A DNA stretch of 64,000 nucleotides from positions 28,449,790 to 28,513,789 of the forward strand of contig NC_090379.1 of the NCBI RefSeq assembly GCF_036365525.1. Reading direction: 5' to 3'. Of this stretch, positions 1 to 10,744 are shown one piece after another. Position numbers and translations under genes: made by a program. How positions within the stretch are numbered: position 1 is the stretch's first letter; every line of letters begins with the position of its first letter. The notes below the pieces were generated by a model, which saw only the letters and a program-made list of their open reading frames with translations, did no database searches and was not told where the DNA came from. The stretch comes from Heterodontus francisci. Taxonomy: Eukaryota.

Positions 1-215
1 CAGGTGAAGTCAGCAGGGACACAAGTGGTGACCCTCAGCTCCCACATCCTGCATGAGGAGCATGCAACTGCCCTAGCTTCCATCGCCTCCGCACTAAATT
101 GACAACAGAGATTAAAAAATAAAGGAAAACCTTACCTTACCAAACCCTCCACACAAGAGTCCTTTTTTTTTGGTTAGAGGAGGAGGATGGGTGGGAGACA
201 CTACACGTGTCGGGT
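1..215 (-). mobile_element. CR1 LINE 5' part (5'UTR plus ORF1 zinc-finger N-terminus), running off the window edge
   Basis: Minus strand 83->1 reads MEARAVACSSCRMWELRVTTCVPADFT, homologous to ORF1 of the CR1 at 21283 (VICSSCAMWE). Confidence 0.75.
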
Positions 216-219
216 TTAG

Positions 220-486
220 CCACATTGCTATGAGTCTGGAGACAGATTTCGGCCAGACCAGGTGAGGAAGGCAAATTTCCTTCACTCAAGGGCATCAAGT
301 GAACCAGATGGATTTTTTATGACAATTGAGCTTTTAATTCCAGATTTTTATTAATCAACTGAATTTATTAATTAATTGAATTTAAATTCCACCAGTTGCC
401 ATGGTGGGATTTGAACCCATGTCCGCAGACATTAGCCCGGGTCTTTTGATTACTAGTTCAGTGACATGACACTATGCCACCATCTC
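220..486 (-). mobile_element. tRNA-Thr-like head and 5'UTR of the tRNA-headed LINE/SINE family, 3'-truncated
   Basis: Reverse complement aligns with ~7461-7735; A box, CT-AGT-AA anticodon loop, B box GGTTCAAATCCC. Confidence 0.8.
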
Positions 487-564
487 GAACTACGTTCTGG
501 GAGTACTACACCTTCAGAGGTGTCATCTCTCAGATGAGATCTTAAGTTCAGGCCCCATCTGTTC

Positions 565-975
565 TTTTTTAAAATTCATTCATGGGATTTGGGCATTGTT
601 GGCAGGGTAGTTTTTAATGCCCATCCCTATTTTCCCTTGAGAAGGTGGTGGTGAGCAGCCTTCTTGAACTGCTGCAGTCCATGTGGTGTAGGTACATCCA
701 CAGTGCTGTTATGGAGGGAGTTCCTGGATTGTGACCCAGCAGCAGTGAAAGAATAGCCGATATATTTCTGAGCCAGGATGGTGTGCAACTTCAACAGGAA
801 CTTGCAGATGGTGGTGGTGTTCCCATGTGCCAGCTGCCCTTATTTTTTTAGAAGGGAAGGTACTGTTGAGGAAGTCTTGGCAAGTTGCTGCATTTCACCT
901 TATTGATGGTACACACAGCTACCAGTGTGCATTGGTGGTGGAAGGAGTGAATGTTTAAGGTGGTGGATATTGTGT
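565..975 (-). mobile_element. 3' end fragment of the tRNA-headed LINE family
   Basis: Reverse complement matches ~10340-10744, including the 3' tail region. Confidence 0.75.
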
Positions 976-1019
976 CCATTACCACTTTCTTTGGCTTTGT
1001 ACCTTGAAACCATTTGTCA

Positions 1020-1828
1020 ATGTGGAGAAATGTGGATAAATGTGATGTGATTCAATTTGGTAGGAAAAACTTGGAGAGACAGTATAAAATAAAGGGATAA
1101 CATTCTAAAAGGGGTGTAGGAGCAGAGGGGCCTGGCGGTATATGTGCATAAGTCACTGAAGGTGGCAGGACAGGTTAAGAGAGTGGTTATAAAGCATACA
1201 GTATTCTAGACTTCAGTAATGGAGTACAAGAGCAAGGAGGTTCTGTTGACCTTATATGAGACATGAGTTCAGCCTCAACTGGAGTACTGCAGCCAGTTCT
1301 GGGTGCCACACTTCAGGAAAGATGTGAAGGCATTGGAGAGAGTGCTGAAAAGATTCACGAAAATGGTTCCAAATATGATGAACTTCAGTTATGAGGGTAG
1401 ATTGGAGAAGCTGGGACTGTGTTCCTCAAAGAGAAGCCTGAGAGGAGATTTGATAGAGATATTCAAAATCATGAGGGGTCTGGACAGATAGAGAAAAACT
1501 GTTCCCACTCATGAAAGGATCGAGAACACGAGGCACAGATTTAAAGTAATTGCCCAAAGAAGCAAAAGCGACATGAGGAAAAGATTTTTCATACAGTGAG
1601 TGGTTAAGGTCTGGAATGCACTGCCTGACAGTGTGGTGGAGGCAGGTTCAATTGAAGCATTCAAAAGGAAATTAGACTGTTATCTGAAAAGGAAGAATGT
1701 GCAGGGTTACAGGGAGAAGGCGGGGGAATAGCACGAGATGAATTGCTCATTCAGAGAGCAGTAGGGACATGATGGGCTGAATGACCTCCATATTCTGCGC
1801 TGTAACAATTCTATGGTTCTGTGATTTA
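1020..1828 (+). mobile_element. CR1 LINE 3' fragment
   Basis: ORF2 C-terminal motifs PHFRKDV..LERV..RFT, LRGDLIEIFKI; (ATTCTRTG)-type tail. Confidence 0.85.
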
Positions 1829-2016
1829 ATCTGTCCTGAGGCAGAGAGTGTAAAAATTGGCAAGTCATGCTGCAGCTGTACAGAATTTTAGTTAGGCCAC
1901 ACTTAGAATATTAGATTTTAGATTTAGATTTAGAGATACAGCACTGAAACAGGCCCTTCGGCCCACCAAGTCTGTGCCGACCATGAACCACCCATTTATA
2001 CTAATCCTACACTAAT

Positions 2017-5000
2017 AATTTCCGGACGTCGATGGTGGGCACTGAGGAAATGGCTTATTACCTGCACCAGATTCCACCCCCCTTCCCCCCCCCTTTACCC
2101 CCCTTCCACCCCCCCCACCCCCGTCCCCTTCCCTGCTCCACCCTCTCAGCTCACCCCCTCACAACCCCGTCCCAGCCCGCCCCCCCCTCGCACCATCTTC
2201 ACCCCGCACCCCCTTCCCCTGCACCCCCCCCCCACCCCCTCCCTCTACCCCTCCCCCTTGCATCCCCTCCTCCCACCGGCACCATCCTACACCTGTGTAG
2301 GGGCCCCAACAACCCCACTGCCTTGTGGGCGTCTCGGGAGAGACCAAGGCTAAGGGAGTAAACCCTAACAGAAAATCCGGAGCGGAACCCCGTAGGCGGT
2401 CATGTGTCACCTTTGGCATGTTTCCGGCAGTTCCTGCAGCCATACTGGTGCCAAACGTCGTGTCCTGCACTCCTTTGGACCCCACCAGAAAGGCCGAGAG
2501 GGGGGTTTTGACGACTGGGCAACTCTCAACCTCCATAAATTTGCCCAGGCATGCGCCATGGAGAGGTCACTCCATAGTTGCCTCACAGCGACTGAAACAA
2601 CACGGAAGGCAGCAGTTACGGGTTATAAGTCCAGATAAATTGGCGTAGAAACTGGGCGCCACGGGTTGCCTTTGTCGGTGGGAGAGGTCATTGCACCTCA
2701 CTGGACAGCTACCGCCCGCCTCAAACCGGGCAGCCCCCGGTCAATAAGGTTCTGTCCCGCCACAGTCTGCCTGCTTCAATGGGTGCTTGGAGCTCAGGGT
2801 CATTGCCCGAAAGGTGGACTGATACACCGCACCAAACAACATGAAAAAAGGAAAGAAGGTACCAGCCCTTCGCTTTGCAAGCTGGAACGTCAGAACTATG
2901 TGTCCTGGCCTGTCGGAAGACCTTACACAAATCAACGATTCTCGGAAGACCGCCATCATTAACAACGAGCTCAGTAGACTCAATGTGGACATTGCAGCAC
3001 TTCAGGAGACTCGCCTCCCCGCGAGTGGCTCTCTAGCAGAGCAAGACTACACCTTCTTCTGGCAGGGCAGGGATCCTGAAGAACCAAGACAGCATGGAGT
3101 GGGCTTCGCCATCAGAAACTCCTTGCTCAGCATGATAGAGCCTCCCTCAAATGGCTCGGAACGCATACTGTCCATCCGACTGCTCACCACCTCTGGTCCA
3201 GTACACCTACTCAGCATCTATGCTCCAACACTCTGTTCCGCACCTGAAGCTAAAGACCAGTTCTATGAACAACTCCATAACATCATTAGCAGCATCCCCA
3301 ACACCGAACACCTATTCCTGCTGGGGGACTTTAATGCCAGGGTTGGGGCCGACCATGACTCATGGCCCTCCTGCCTTGGGCGCTATGGCGTTGGAAGGAT
3401 GAATGAGAACGGGCAGAGACTGCTTGAGTTGTGTACCTATCATAACCTCTGCATCACCAACTCGTTCTTTCACACTAAACCCTGTCACCAGGTTTCATGG
3501 AGGCACCCAAGATCACGTCGTTGGCACCAGCTAGACCTCATTGTCACAAGGCGAGCCGCCTTAAACAGTGTTCAAATCACACGCAGCTTCCACAGTGCGG
3601 ACTGTGACACCGACCACTCCCTGGTGTGCAGCAAGGTTAGACTCAGACCAAAGAAGTTGCATCATTCCAAGCAGAAGGGCCACCCGCGCATCAACACGAG
3701 CAGAATTTCTCACCCACAGCTGTTACAAAAATTTCTAAATTCACTTGTAACAGCCCTTCAAAACACTCCCACAGGGGATGCTGAGACCAAGTGGGCCCAC
3801 ATCAGAGACGCCATCTATGAGTCAGCTTTGACCACCTACGGCAAAAGTGCGAAGAGAAATGCAGACTGGTTTCAATCTCATAATGAAGAGCTGGAACCTG
3901 TCATAGCCGCTAAGCGCATTGCACTTTTGAACTACAAGAAAGCCCCCAGCGATTTAACATCCGCAGCACTTAAAGCAGCCAGAAGTACTGCACAAAGAAC
4001 AGCTAGGCGTTGCGCAAACGACTACTGGCAACACCTATGCAGTCATATTCAGCTGGCCTCAGACACCGGAAACATCAGAGGAATGTATGATGGCATGAAG
4101 AGAGCTCTTGGGCCAACCATCAAGAAGATCACCCCCCTCAAATCTAAATCGGGGGACATAATCACTGACCAACGCAAACAGATGGACCGCTGGGTTGAGC
4201 ACTACCTAGAACTGTACTCCAGGGAGAATGCTGTCACTGAGACTGCCCTCAATGCAGCCCAGCCTCTACCAGTCATGGATGAGCTGGACAGACAGCCAAC
4301 CAAATCGGAACTCAGTGATGCCATTGATTCCCTAGCCAGCGGAAAAGCCCCTGGGAAGGACAGCATTACCCCTGAAATAATCAAGAGTGCCAAGCCTGCT
4401 ATACTCTCAGCACTACATGAACTGCTATGCCTGTGCTGGGACGAGGGAGCAGTACCCCAGGACATGCGCGATGCCAATATCATCACCCTCTATAAAAACA
4501 AAGGTGACCGCGGTGACTGCAACAACTACCGTGGAATCTCCCTGCTCAGCATAGTGGGGAAAGTCTTTGCTCGAGTCGCTCTGAACAGGCTCCAGAAGCT
4601 GGCCGAGCGCGTCTACCCTGAGGCACAGTGTGGCTTTCGTGCAGAGAGATCGACTATTGACATGCTGTTCTCCCTTCGTCAGATACAGGAGAAATGCCGT
4701 GAACAACAGATGCCCCTCTACATTGCTTTCATTGATCTCACCAAAGCCTTTGACCTCGTCAGCAGACGTGGTCTCTTCAGACTACTAGAAAAGATCGGAT
4801 GTCCACCAAAGCTACTAAGTATCATCACCTCATTCCATGACAATATGAAAGGCACAATTCAACATGGTGGCTCCTCATCAGAGCCCTTTCCTATCCTGAG
4901 TGGTGTGAAACAGGGCTGTGTTCTCGCACCCACACTTTTTGGGATTTTCTTCTCCCTGCTGCTTTCACATGCGTTCAAATCCTCTGAAGAAGGAATTTTC

Positions 5001-6091
5001 CTCCACACAAGATCAGGGGGCAGGTTGTTCAACCTTGCCCGTCTAAGAGCGAAGTCCAAAGTACGGAAAGTCCTCATCAGAGAACTCCTCTTTGCTGACG
5101 ATGCTGCTTTAACATCTCACACTGAAGAATGCCTGCAGAGTCTCATCGACAGGTTTGCGTCTGCCTGCAATGAATTTGGCCTAACCATCAGCCTCAAGAA
5201 AACGAACATCATGGGGCAGGATGTCAGAAATGCTCCATCCATCAATATTGGCGACCACGCTCTGGAAGTGGTTCAAGAGTTCACCTACCTAGGCTCAACT
5301 ATCACCAGTAACCTGTCTCTAGATGCAGAAATCAACAAGCGCATGGGTAAGGCTTCCACTGCTATGTCCAGAATGGCCAAGAGAGTGTGGGAAAATGGCG
5401 CACTGACACGGAACACAAAAGTCCGAGTGTATCAGGCCTGTGTCCTCAGTACCTTGCTCTACGGCAGCGAGGCCTGGACAACGTATGCCAGCCAAGAGCG
5501 ACGTCTCAATTCATTCCATCTTCGCTGCCTTCGGAGAATACTTGGCATCAGGTGGCAGGACTATATCTCCAACACAGAAGTCCTTGAAGCGGCCAACACC
5601 CCCAGCTTATACACACTACTGAGTCAGCGGCGCTTGAGATGGCTTGGCCATGTGAGCCGCATGGAAGATGGCAGGATCCCCAAAGACACATTGTACAGCG
5701 AGCTCGCCACTGGTATCAGACCCACCGGCCGTCCATGTCTCCGTTATAAAGACGTCTGCAAACGCGACATGAAATCGTGAGACATTGATCACAAGTCGTG
5801 GGAGTCAGTTGCCAGCATTCGCCAGAGCTGGCGGGCAGCCATAAAGACAGGGCTAAATTGTGGCGAGTCGAAGAGACTTAGTAGTTGGCAGGAAAAAAGA
5901 CAGAGGCGCAAGGGGAGAGCCAACTGTGCAACAGCCCCAACAAACAAATTTCTCTGCAGCACCTGTGGAAGAGCCTGTCACTCCAGAATTGGCCTTTATA
6001 GCCACTCCAGGCGCTGCTTCACAAACCACTGACCACCTCCAGGCGCGTATCCATTGTCTCTCGAGATAAGGAGGCCCAAAAGAAAGAAAGA
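2017..6091 (+). mobile_element. Full-length RTE-clade LINE with 8-bp TSD
   Basis: TSD ACACTAAT at 2009-2016 and 6092-6099; ~820-bp 5'UTR; single EN-RT ORF; (AAAG)n tail. Confidence 0.95.
2841..5780 (+). CDS. RTE apurinic endonuclease-reverse transcriptase, 979 aa; after a premature TGA the frame continues to 6032 with a C-terminal zinc finger
   Basis: EN motifs ASWNVRT, ALQETR, LGDFNARVG, TDHSLV; RT motifs QCGFR, FIDLTKAFD, GVKQGCVLAP, LFADD; read-through gives CSTCGRACHSRIGLYSH. Confidence 0.95.
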   Translation: MKKGKKVPALRFASWNVRTMCPGLSEDLTQINDSRKTAIINNELSRLNVDIAALQETRLPASGSLAEQDYTFFWQGRDPEEPRQHGVGFAIRNSLLSMIEPPSNGSERILSIRLLTTSGPVHLLSIYAPTLCSAPEAKDQFYEQLHNIISSIPNTEHLFLLGDFNARVGADHDSWPSCLGRYGVGRMNENGQRLLELCTYHNLCITNSFFHTKPCHQVSWRHPRSRRWHQLDLIVTRRAALNSVQITRSFHSADCDTDHSLVCSKVRLRPKKLHHSKQKGHPRINTSRISHPQLLQKFLNSLVTALQNTPTGDAETKWAHIRDAIYESALTTYGKSAKRNADWFQSHNEELEPVIAAKRIALLNYKKAPSDLTSAALKAARSTAQRTARRCANDYWQHLCSHIQLASDTGNIRGMYDGMKRALGPTIKKITPLKSKSGDIITDQRKQMDRWVEHYLELYSRENAVTETALNAAQPLPVMDELDRQPTKSELSDAIDSLASGKAPGKDSITPEIIKSAKPAILSALHELLCLCWDEGAVPQDMRDANIITLYKNKGDRGDCNNYRGISLLSIVGKVFARVALNRLQKLAERVYPEAQCGFRAERSTIDMLFSLRQIQEKCREQQMPLYIAFIDLTKAFDLVSRRGLFRLLEKIGCPPKLLSIITSFHDNMKGTIQHGGSSSEPFPILSGVKQGCVLAPTLFGIFFSLLLSHAFKSSEEGIFLHTRSGGRLFNLARLRAKSKVRKVLIRELLFADDAALTSHTEECLQSLIDRFASACNEFGLTISLKKTNIMGQDVRNAPSINIGDHALEVVQEFTYLGSTITSNLSLDAEINKRMGKASTAMSRMAKRVWENGALTRNTKVRVYQACVLSTLLYGSEAWTTYASQERRLNSFHLRCLRRILGIRWQDYISNTEVLEAANTPSLYTLLSQRRLRWLGHVSRMEDGRIPKDTLYSELATGIRPTGRPCLRYKDVCKRDMKS

Positions 6092-6779
6092 ACACTAATC
6101 CCATATTCCTACCACATCCTCACCTGTCCCTATATTCCCCTACCACCTACCTATACTAGGGGCAATTTATTATGGCCAATTTACCTATCAACCCGCAAGT
6201 CTTTTGGCTGTGGGAGGAAACCGGAGCACCCGGAGGAAACCCAGGCGTGCAATTCTGGTCACCACACTACCAGAAGGACGTGGAGGCTTTGGAGAGGGTA
6301 CAGAAGAGGTTTACCAGGATGTTGCCTGGTCTGGAGGGCATTAGCTATGAGGAGAGGTTGGATAAACTCGGATTGTTTTCACTGGAACGACGGAGGTGGA
6401 GGGGCGACATGATAGAGGTTTACAAAGTTACGAGTGGCATGGACAGAGTGGATAGTCAGAAGCTTTTTCCCAGGGTGGAAGAGTCAGTTACTGGGGGACA
6501 TAGGTTTAATGTGTGAGCGGCAAAGTTTAGAAGGGATGTGCGAGGCAAGTTGTTTACACAGAGGGTGGTGCGTGCCTGGGACTTGCTGCCAGGGGAGGTG
6601 GTGGAAGCAGGTACGATAGCGACGTTTAAGAGGCATCTTGACAAATACATGAATGGGATGGGAAGAGAGGGATACGGTCCCCGGAAGTGCAGAAGGTTTC
6701 AGTTTCGACAGGCACCAAGATCGGCGCAGGCTTGGAGTGCCGAATGGCCTGTTCCTGTGCTGTACTGCTCTTTGTTCTG

Positions 6780-7005
6780 CCCTTCACCCTATCAAAGATC
6801 TTCCCTTTTGTTCTTCTTCCACCTCCCCTCTTTCCCTTGCTGAAAACCAATTATATTTCTAACTTCTGATAGGTGTGATGAAAAGTCACAGACCTGAAAT
6901 GCTAACTCTGTTTTTCTCCCCACAGATGCTGCCTATCCTGCTGAGTATTTCCAGCATTTTCTGTTTTTGTTTCAGAATTCCAGCGTCTGCAGTATTTTAT
7001 ATTTG
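6780..7005 (+). mobile_element. Penelope-like pseudo-LTR fragment with degenerate hammerhead (6871-6907)
   Basis: Matches 26900-27093 and 44700-44890 (GACCTGAAA...CACAGATGCTGCC...CTGCTGAGTATTTCCAGC). Confidence 0.75.
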
Positions 7006-7009
7006 TATT

Positions 7010-7458
7010 TGTCTCTGCCTGTGCCTGAGTGGTCGTCTAAGTCAGGGAGGTGCCGGGGAGGCACCTTCAGAGTCTGCTGCATCATTCCAATAGCAGACTC
7101 CGTAACTGGGCCCTGCTCCACAGATGTTCCCTCTGTCAGCACCCTCATTCTCCTCAGTGACAGCTTCATTCCTTGGCTGGCGCACTGAATAGGAGCACCA
7201 GATGGGGCACAATTGGCATCCCCTCCAAACATCCCTGTGCTATTGGCGCCACTGACCGGTCCATGCTACGTAATGTGCCATGCATCTTTGAACGTCTGTG
7301 CATGCACTCCGAATGCTGTCACATATGGTTCTACATGAGGTTGGCCACTCAGTGGAGGAGCTCATGCGCTTAAAGCCCAGAGCCATTGTGGTGCACGTGA
7401 ACTGAATGGACTCCTCCAACTCAGCCCATGACCCCGCACAGCCTTGGAATTCCGACAT
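7010..7458 (-). mobile_element. Probable Harbinger Myb-like accessory gene fragment
   Basis: ELEESIQFTCTTMALGFKRMSSSTE resembles the helical segment at 36380-36690 inside the larger Harbinger. Confidence 0.4.
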
Positions 7459-7460
7459 GG

Positions 7461-7555
7461 GGGAGGCGGTGGTGTAGTGGTATTGTCATTGTAATAGTAA
7501 CCCAGAGACCCAGGGTATTGCTCTGGGGACATGGGTTCAAATTCCACCACAGCAG
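7461..7555 (+). promoter_or_regulatory. tRNA-Thr-like RNA polymerase III type 2 internal promoter
   Basis: A box TGGTGTAGTGG 7470-7480; B box GGTTCAAATTCC 7534-7545; sister copies show anticodon arm CTGGA-CT-(A/C)GT-AA-TCCAG. Confidence 0.85.
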
Positions 7556-10500
7556 AAGGTGGAATTTGAATTCAATTAATGAATCCGGAATTAAAAGCGA
7601 GTCTAATGATGGCCATGAAACCATTGTCGATTATTGTAAAAACCCATCTGGTTCACTAATGTCCTTTAGGGAAGGAAATCTGCTGTCCTTACCTGGTCTG
7701 GCCTACATGTGACTCCAGACCCACAGCAATATGATTGACTCTTATGTGACGTCTGAAATGGCCTAGCAAGCCACTCAGTTGTACCTAACCGCTACAAGGT
7801 CAAAAAAAAAAGAATGAAACCGGACGGACCACCCGCCATCGACCTAAACACTGGAAATGACAACAGCAAACCCAGCCCTGTCGACCCTGCAAAGTCCTCC
7901 TTACTAACATCTGGGGGCTTGTGCCAAAATTGGGAGAGCTGTCCCACAGACTAGTCAAACAACAGCCTGACATAGTCATCCTCACGGAATCATACCTTGC
8001 AGACAATGTCCCAGGCACTGCCATCACCATCCCCGAGTATGTCCTGTCCCACCGGCAGGACAGACCCAGCATAGGTGGTGGCACAGTGGTATACAGTCAG
8101 GAGGGAGTTGCCCTGGGAGTCCTCAACATCGACTCCGGACCCCATGAAGTCTCATGGCATCAGGTCATACATGGACAAGGATACTTCCTGCTGATTACCA
8201 CCTACTGCCCTCCCTCAGCTAATGAGTCAGTACTCCTCCATGTTGAACACCATTTGGAGGAAGCATCAAAGGTGGCAAGGACACATAATGTATTCTGGGT
8301 ATGGGGACTTCAATGTCCATCACTAAGAGTGGCTCAGTAGCACCACTACTGACTGAGCTGGCTGGGTCCTAAAGGACATAGCTGCTAGACTGGGTATGCA
8401 GCAGGTGGTGAGGGAACCAACAAGAGGGAAAAACATACTTGGCCTCATCCTCACCAATCTGCCTGCCACAGATACATCTGTCCATGAAAGTATTGGTAGG
8501 AGTGACCACCGCACAGTCCTTGTGGAGACGAAGTCCCGCCTTCATATTGAGGATACCATACATCGTGTAGTGTGGCACTACCACCGTGCTACATGGGATA
8601 GATTTCGAACAGATCTAGCAATGCAAAACTGGGCATCCATGAGGCACTGTGGGCCATCAGCAGCAGCAGAATTGTACTCAACCACAATCAGTAATCTCAT
8701 GGCCTGGCATATCCCCCACTCCATCATTACCATAAAGCCAGAAGACCAACACTGGTTCAATGAAGAGTGCAGGAGGGCATGCCAGGAGCAGCATCAGGCA
8801 TACCTCAAAATGAGGTGTCAACCTGGTGAAGCTACAGCACAGGACTACTTGCATGCCAAACTGCGTAAGCAGCATGCGATAGACAGAGCTAAGTGATCCC
8901 ACAACCAACGGATCAGATCTAAACTCTGCAGTCCTGCCACATCCAGCCGTGAATGGTGGTGGACAATTAAACAACTAATTGGAGGAGGTGGCTCCACAAA
9001 TATCCCATCCTCGATGATGGGGGAGAACAGCACATCAGTGTGAAAGATAAGGCTGAAGCATTTGCAACAATCTTCAGCCAGAAGTGCCGAGTTGATGATC
9101 CATCTCGGCCTCCTCCTGAAATCCCCAGTATCACAGATGCCAGACTTCAGCCAATTCCATTCACTCCACGTGATATCAACAAACGACTGAAGGCACTGGA
9201 TACTGCAAAGACTATGGGCCCTGACAATATTCCGGCAATAGTACTGAAGACCTGTGCTCCAGAGCTTGCCACGCCCCTAGCCAAGCTGTTCCAATACAGC
9301 TGCAACACTGGCATCTACCCTGCAATGTGGAAAATTGCCCAGGTATGTCCTGTACACAAAATGAAGGACAAGTCCAATCCAGCCAATTACTGCCACATCA
9401 GTCTACTCTCAATCATCAGCAAAGCGATGGAAGGTGTCATCAACAGTGCCATCAAGCAGCACTTCCTTAACAATAACCTGCTCAGTGATGCTCAGTTTGG
9501 CTTCCGCCAGGGCCACACAGCTCCTGACCTTATTACAGCCTTGGTTCAAACATGGACAGAAGAGCTGAACTCAAGAGGTGAGGTGAGAGTGACTGCCCTT
9601 GATATCAAATAAGCATTTGACTGAGTATGGCATCAAGGAGCCCAAGCAAAACTGGAGTCCATGGGAATCAGGGGAAAAATCTCCGCTGGTTGGAGTCATA
9701 CCTAGCACAAAGGAAGATGGTTGTGATTGTTGGAGGTCAATAATCTCAGTCCCAGGACATCACTGTAGGGGTTCCACAGAGTAATGTCCTAGACCCAACC
9801 ATCTTCAGCTACTTCATCAATGACCTTCCCTCCATCATAAGGTCAGAAGTGGGGATATCTGCTGATGGTGGAATAATGTTCAGTACCATTCACGACTCCT
9901 CTGATACTGAAGCAGCCCATGTCCATATGCAGCAAGACCTGGACAACATCCAGGCTTGGGTTGATAAGTGGCAAGTAACATTCGCGCTATATAAGTGCCA
10001 CGCAATGACCATCTCCAACAAGAGAGAATCTAACCATCCCCCCTTGATGTTCAATGGCTTTACCATCGCTGAATCCCCCACTATCAACATCCTGGGGGTT
10101 ACCATTGACCAGAAACTGTACTGGACCTGCCACATAAATGCTGTGGCTATGAGTGCTGGTCTGAGGCTGGGAATTCTGTGACAAGTAACTCACCTCCAGT
10201 CTCCCTAATGTCTGTCCACCATCTACAAGTCAGGAGTGTGATGGAATACTCTCCACTTTCCTGGATGGGTGCAGCTCCAAAACACTCAAGAAGCTCGACA
10301 CCATCCAGGAGTACGCAGCCCGCTAATTTGGCACCCGATTCATCACAGTCAACATTCACTCCCTCCACCACTTTACGCACAGAGGCAGCAGTGTATACCA
10401 TATACAAGATGTACTGCAGTAACTCACCAAGGCTCCTTCGACAGCACCTTCCAAACCCACAACCTCTACCGCCTAGAAGGACAAGGGCAGCAGAAGCATG

Positions 10501-10744
10501 GGAACACCATCACCTGCAAGTTCCCCTCCAAGCCACCCTGACTTGGAACTATATCGCTGTTCCATCATTGTCACTGGTCAAAATCCTGGAACTCCGTTCC
10601 TAACAGCACTGTTGGTGTACCTACACCCCAAGGACTGCAGCGGTTCATGAAGGCATCTCACCACCATGTTCTCAAGGGCAATTAGGGATGGGTCATAAAT
10701 GCTGGCTTAGCCAGTGATGCCCAAATCCCCCAAATGAAAAAAAA
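7461..10744 (+). mobile_element. Near full-length single-ORF LINE (CR1/L2 group, no ORF1) with a tRNA-derived head; ORF disrupted
   Basis: tRNA-like 5' end; EN motifs TNIWGL, VILTES, GDFNVH, SDHRTV; RT motifs GPDNIP, ANYCHISLLS, QFGFR, ALDIK*AFD; 3' stem-loop and A-rich tail. Confidence 0.9.

Larger units (their letters stand above)
1913..6244 (-). mobile_element. HE1-like V-SINE, 5'-truncated, split into 1913-2016 and 6092-6244 by the RTE
   Basis: Both halves align to the intact SINE at 38832-39180; (TTTAGA)n tail read on + at the left end. Confidence 0.88.
1840..6780 (+). mobile_element. CR1 3' fragment split into 1840-1912 and 6245-6780 by nested insertions
   Basis: CACTTAGAATATT|GCGTGCAATTCTGG is contiguous in the sister copy at ~60135-60160. 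Confidence 0.9.

Noticed and set aside
2040-2075. Hammerhead at the RTE 5' end (CTGAGGA)
   Set aside because: No stem II followed by GAAA and no cleavage triplet in the required arrangement.
2032-2361. Proline-rich 109-aa ORF
   Set aside because: Translation artefact of the C-rich tract in the RTE 5'UTR.
7461-7555. Genuine tRNA-Thr gene
   Set aside because: No proper acceptor stem, an extra hairpin between the boxes, no T-run terminator, and it continues into retroposon sequence.
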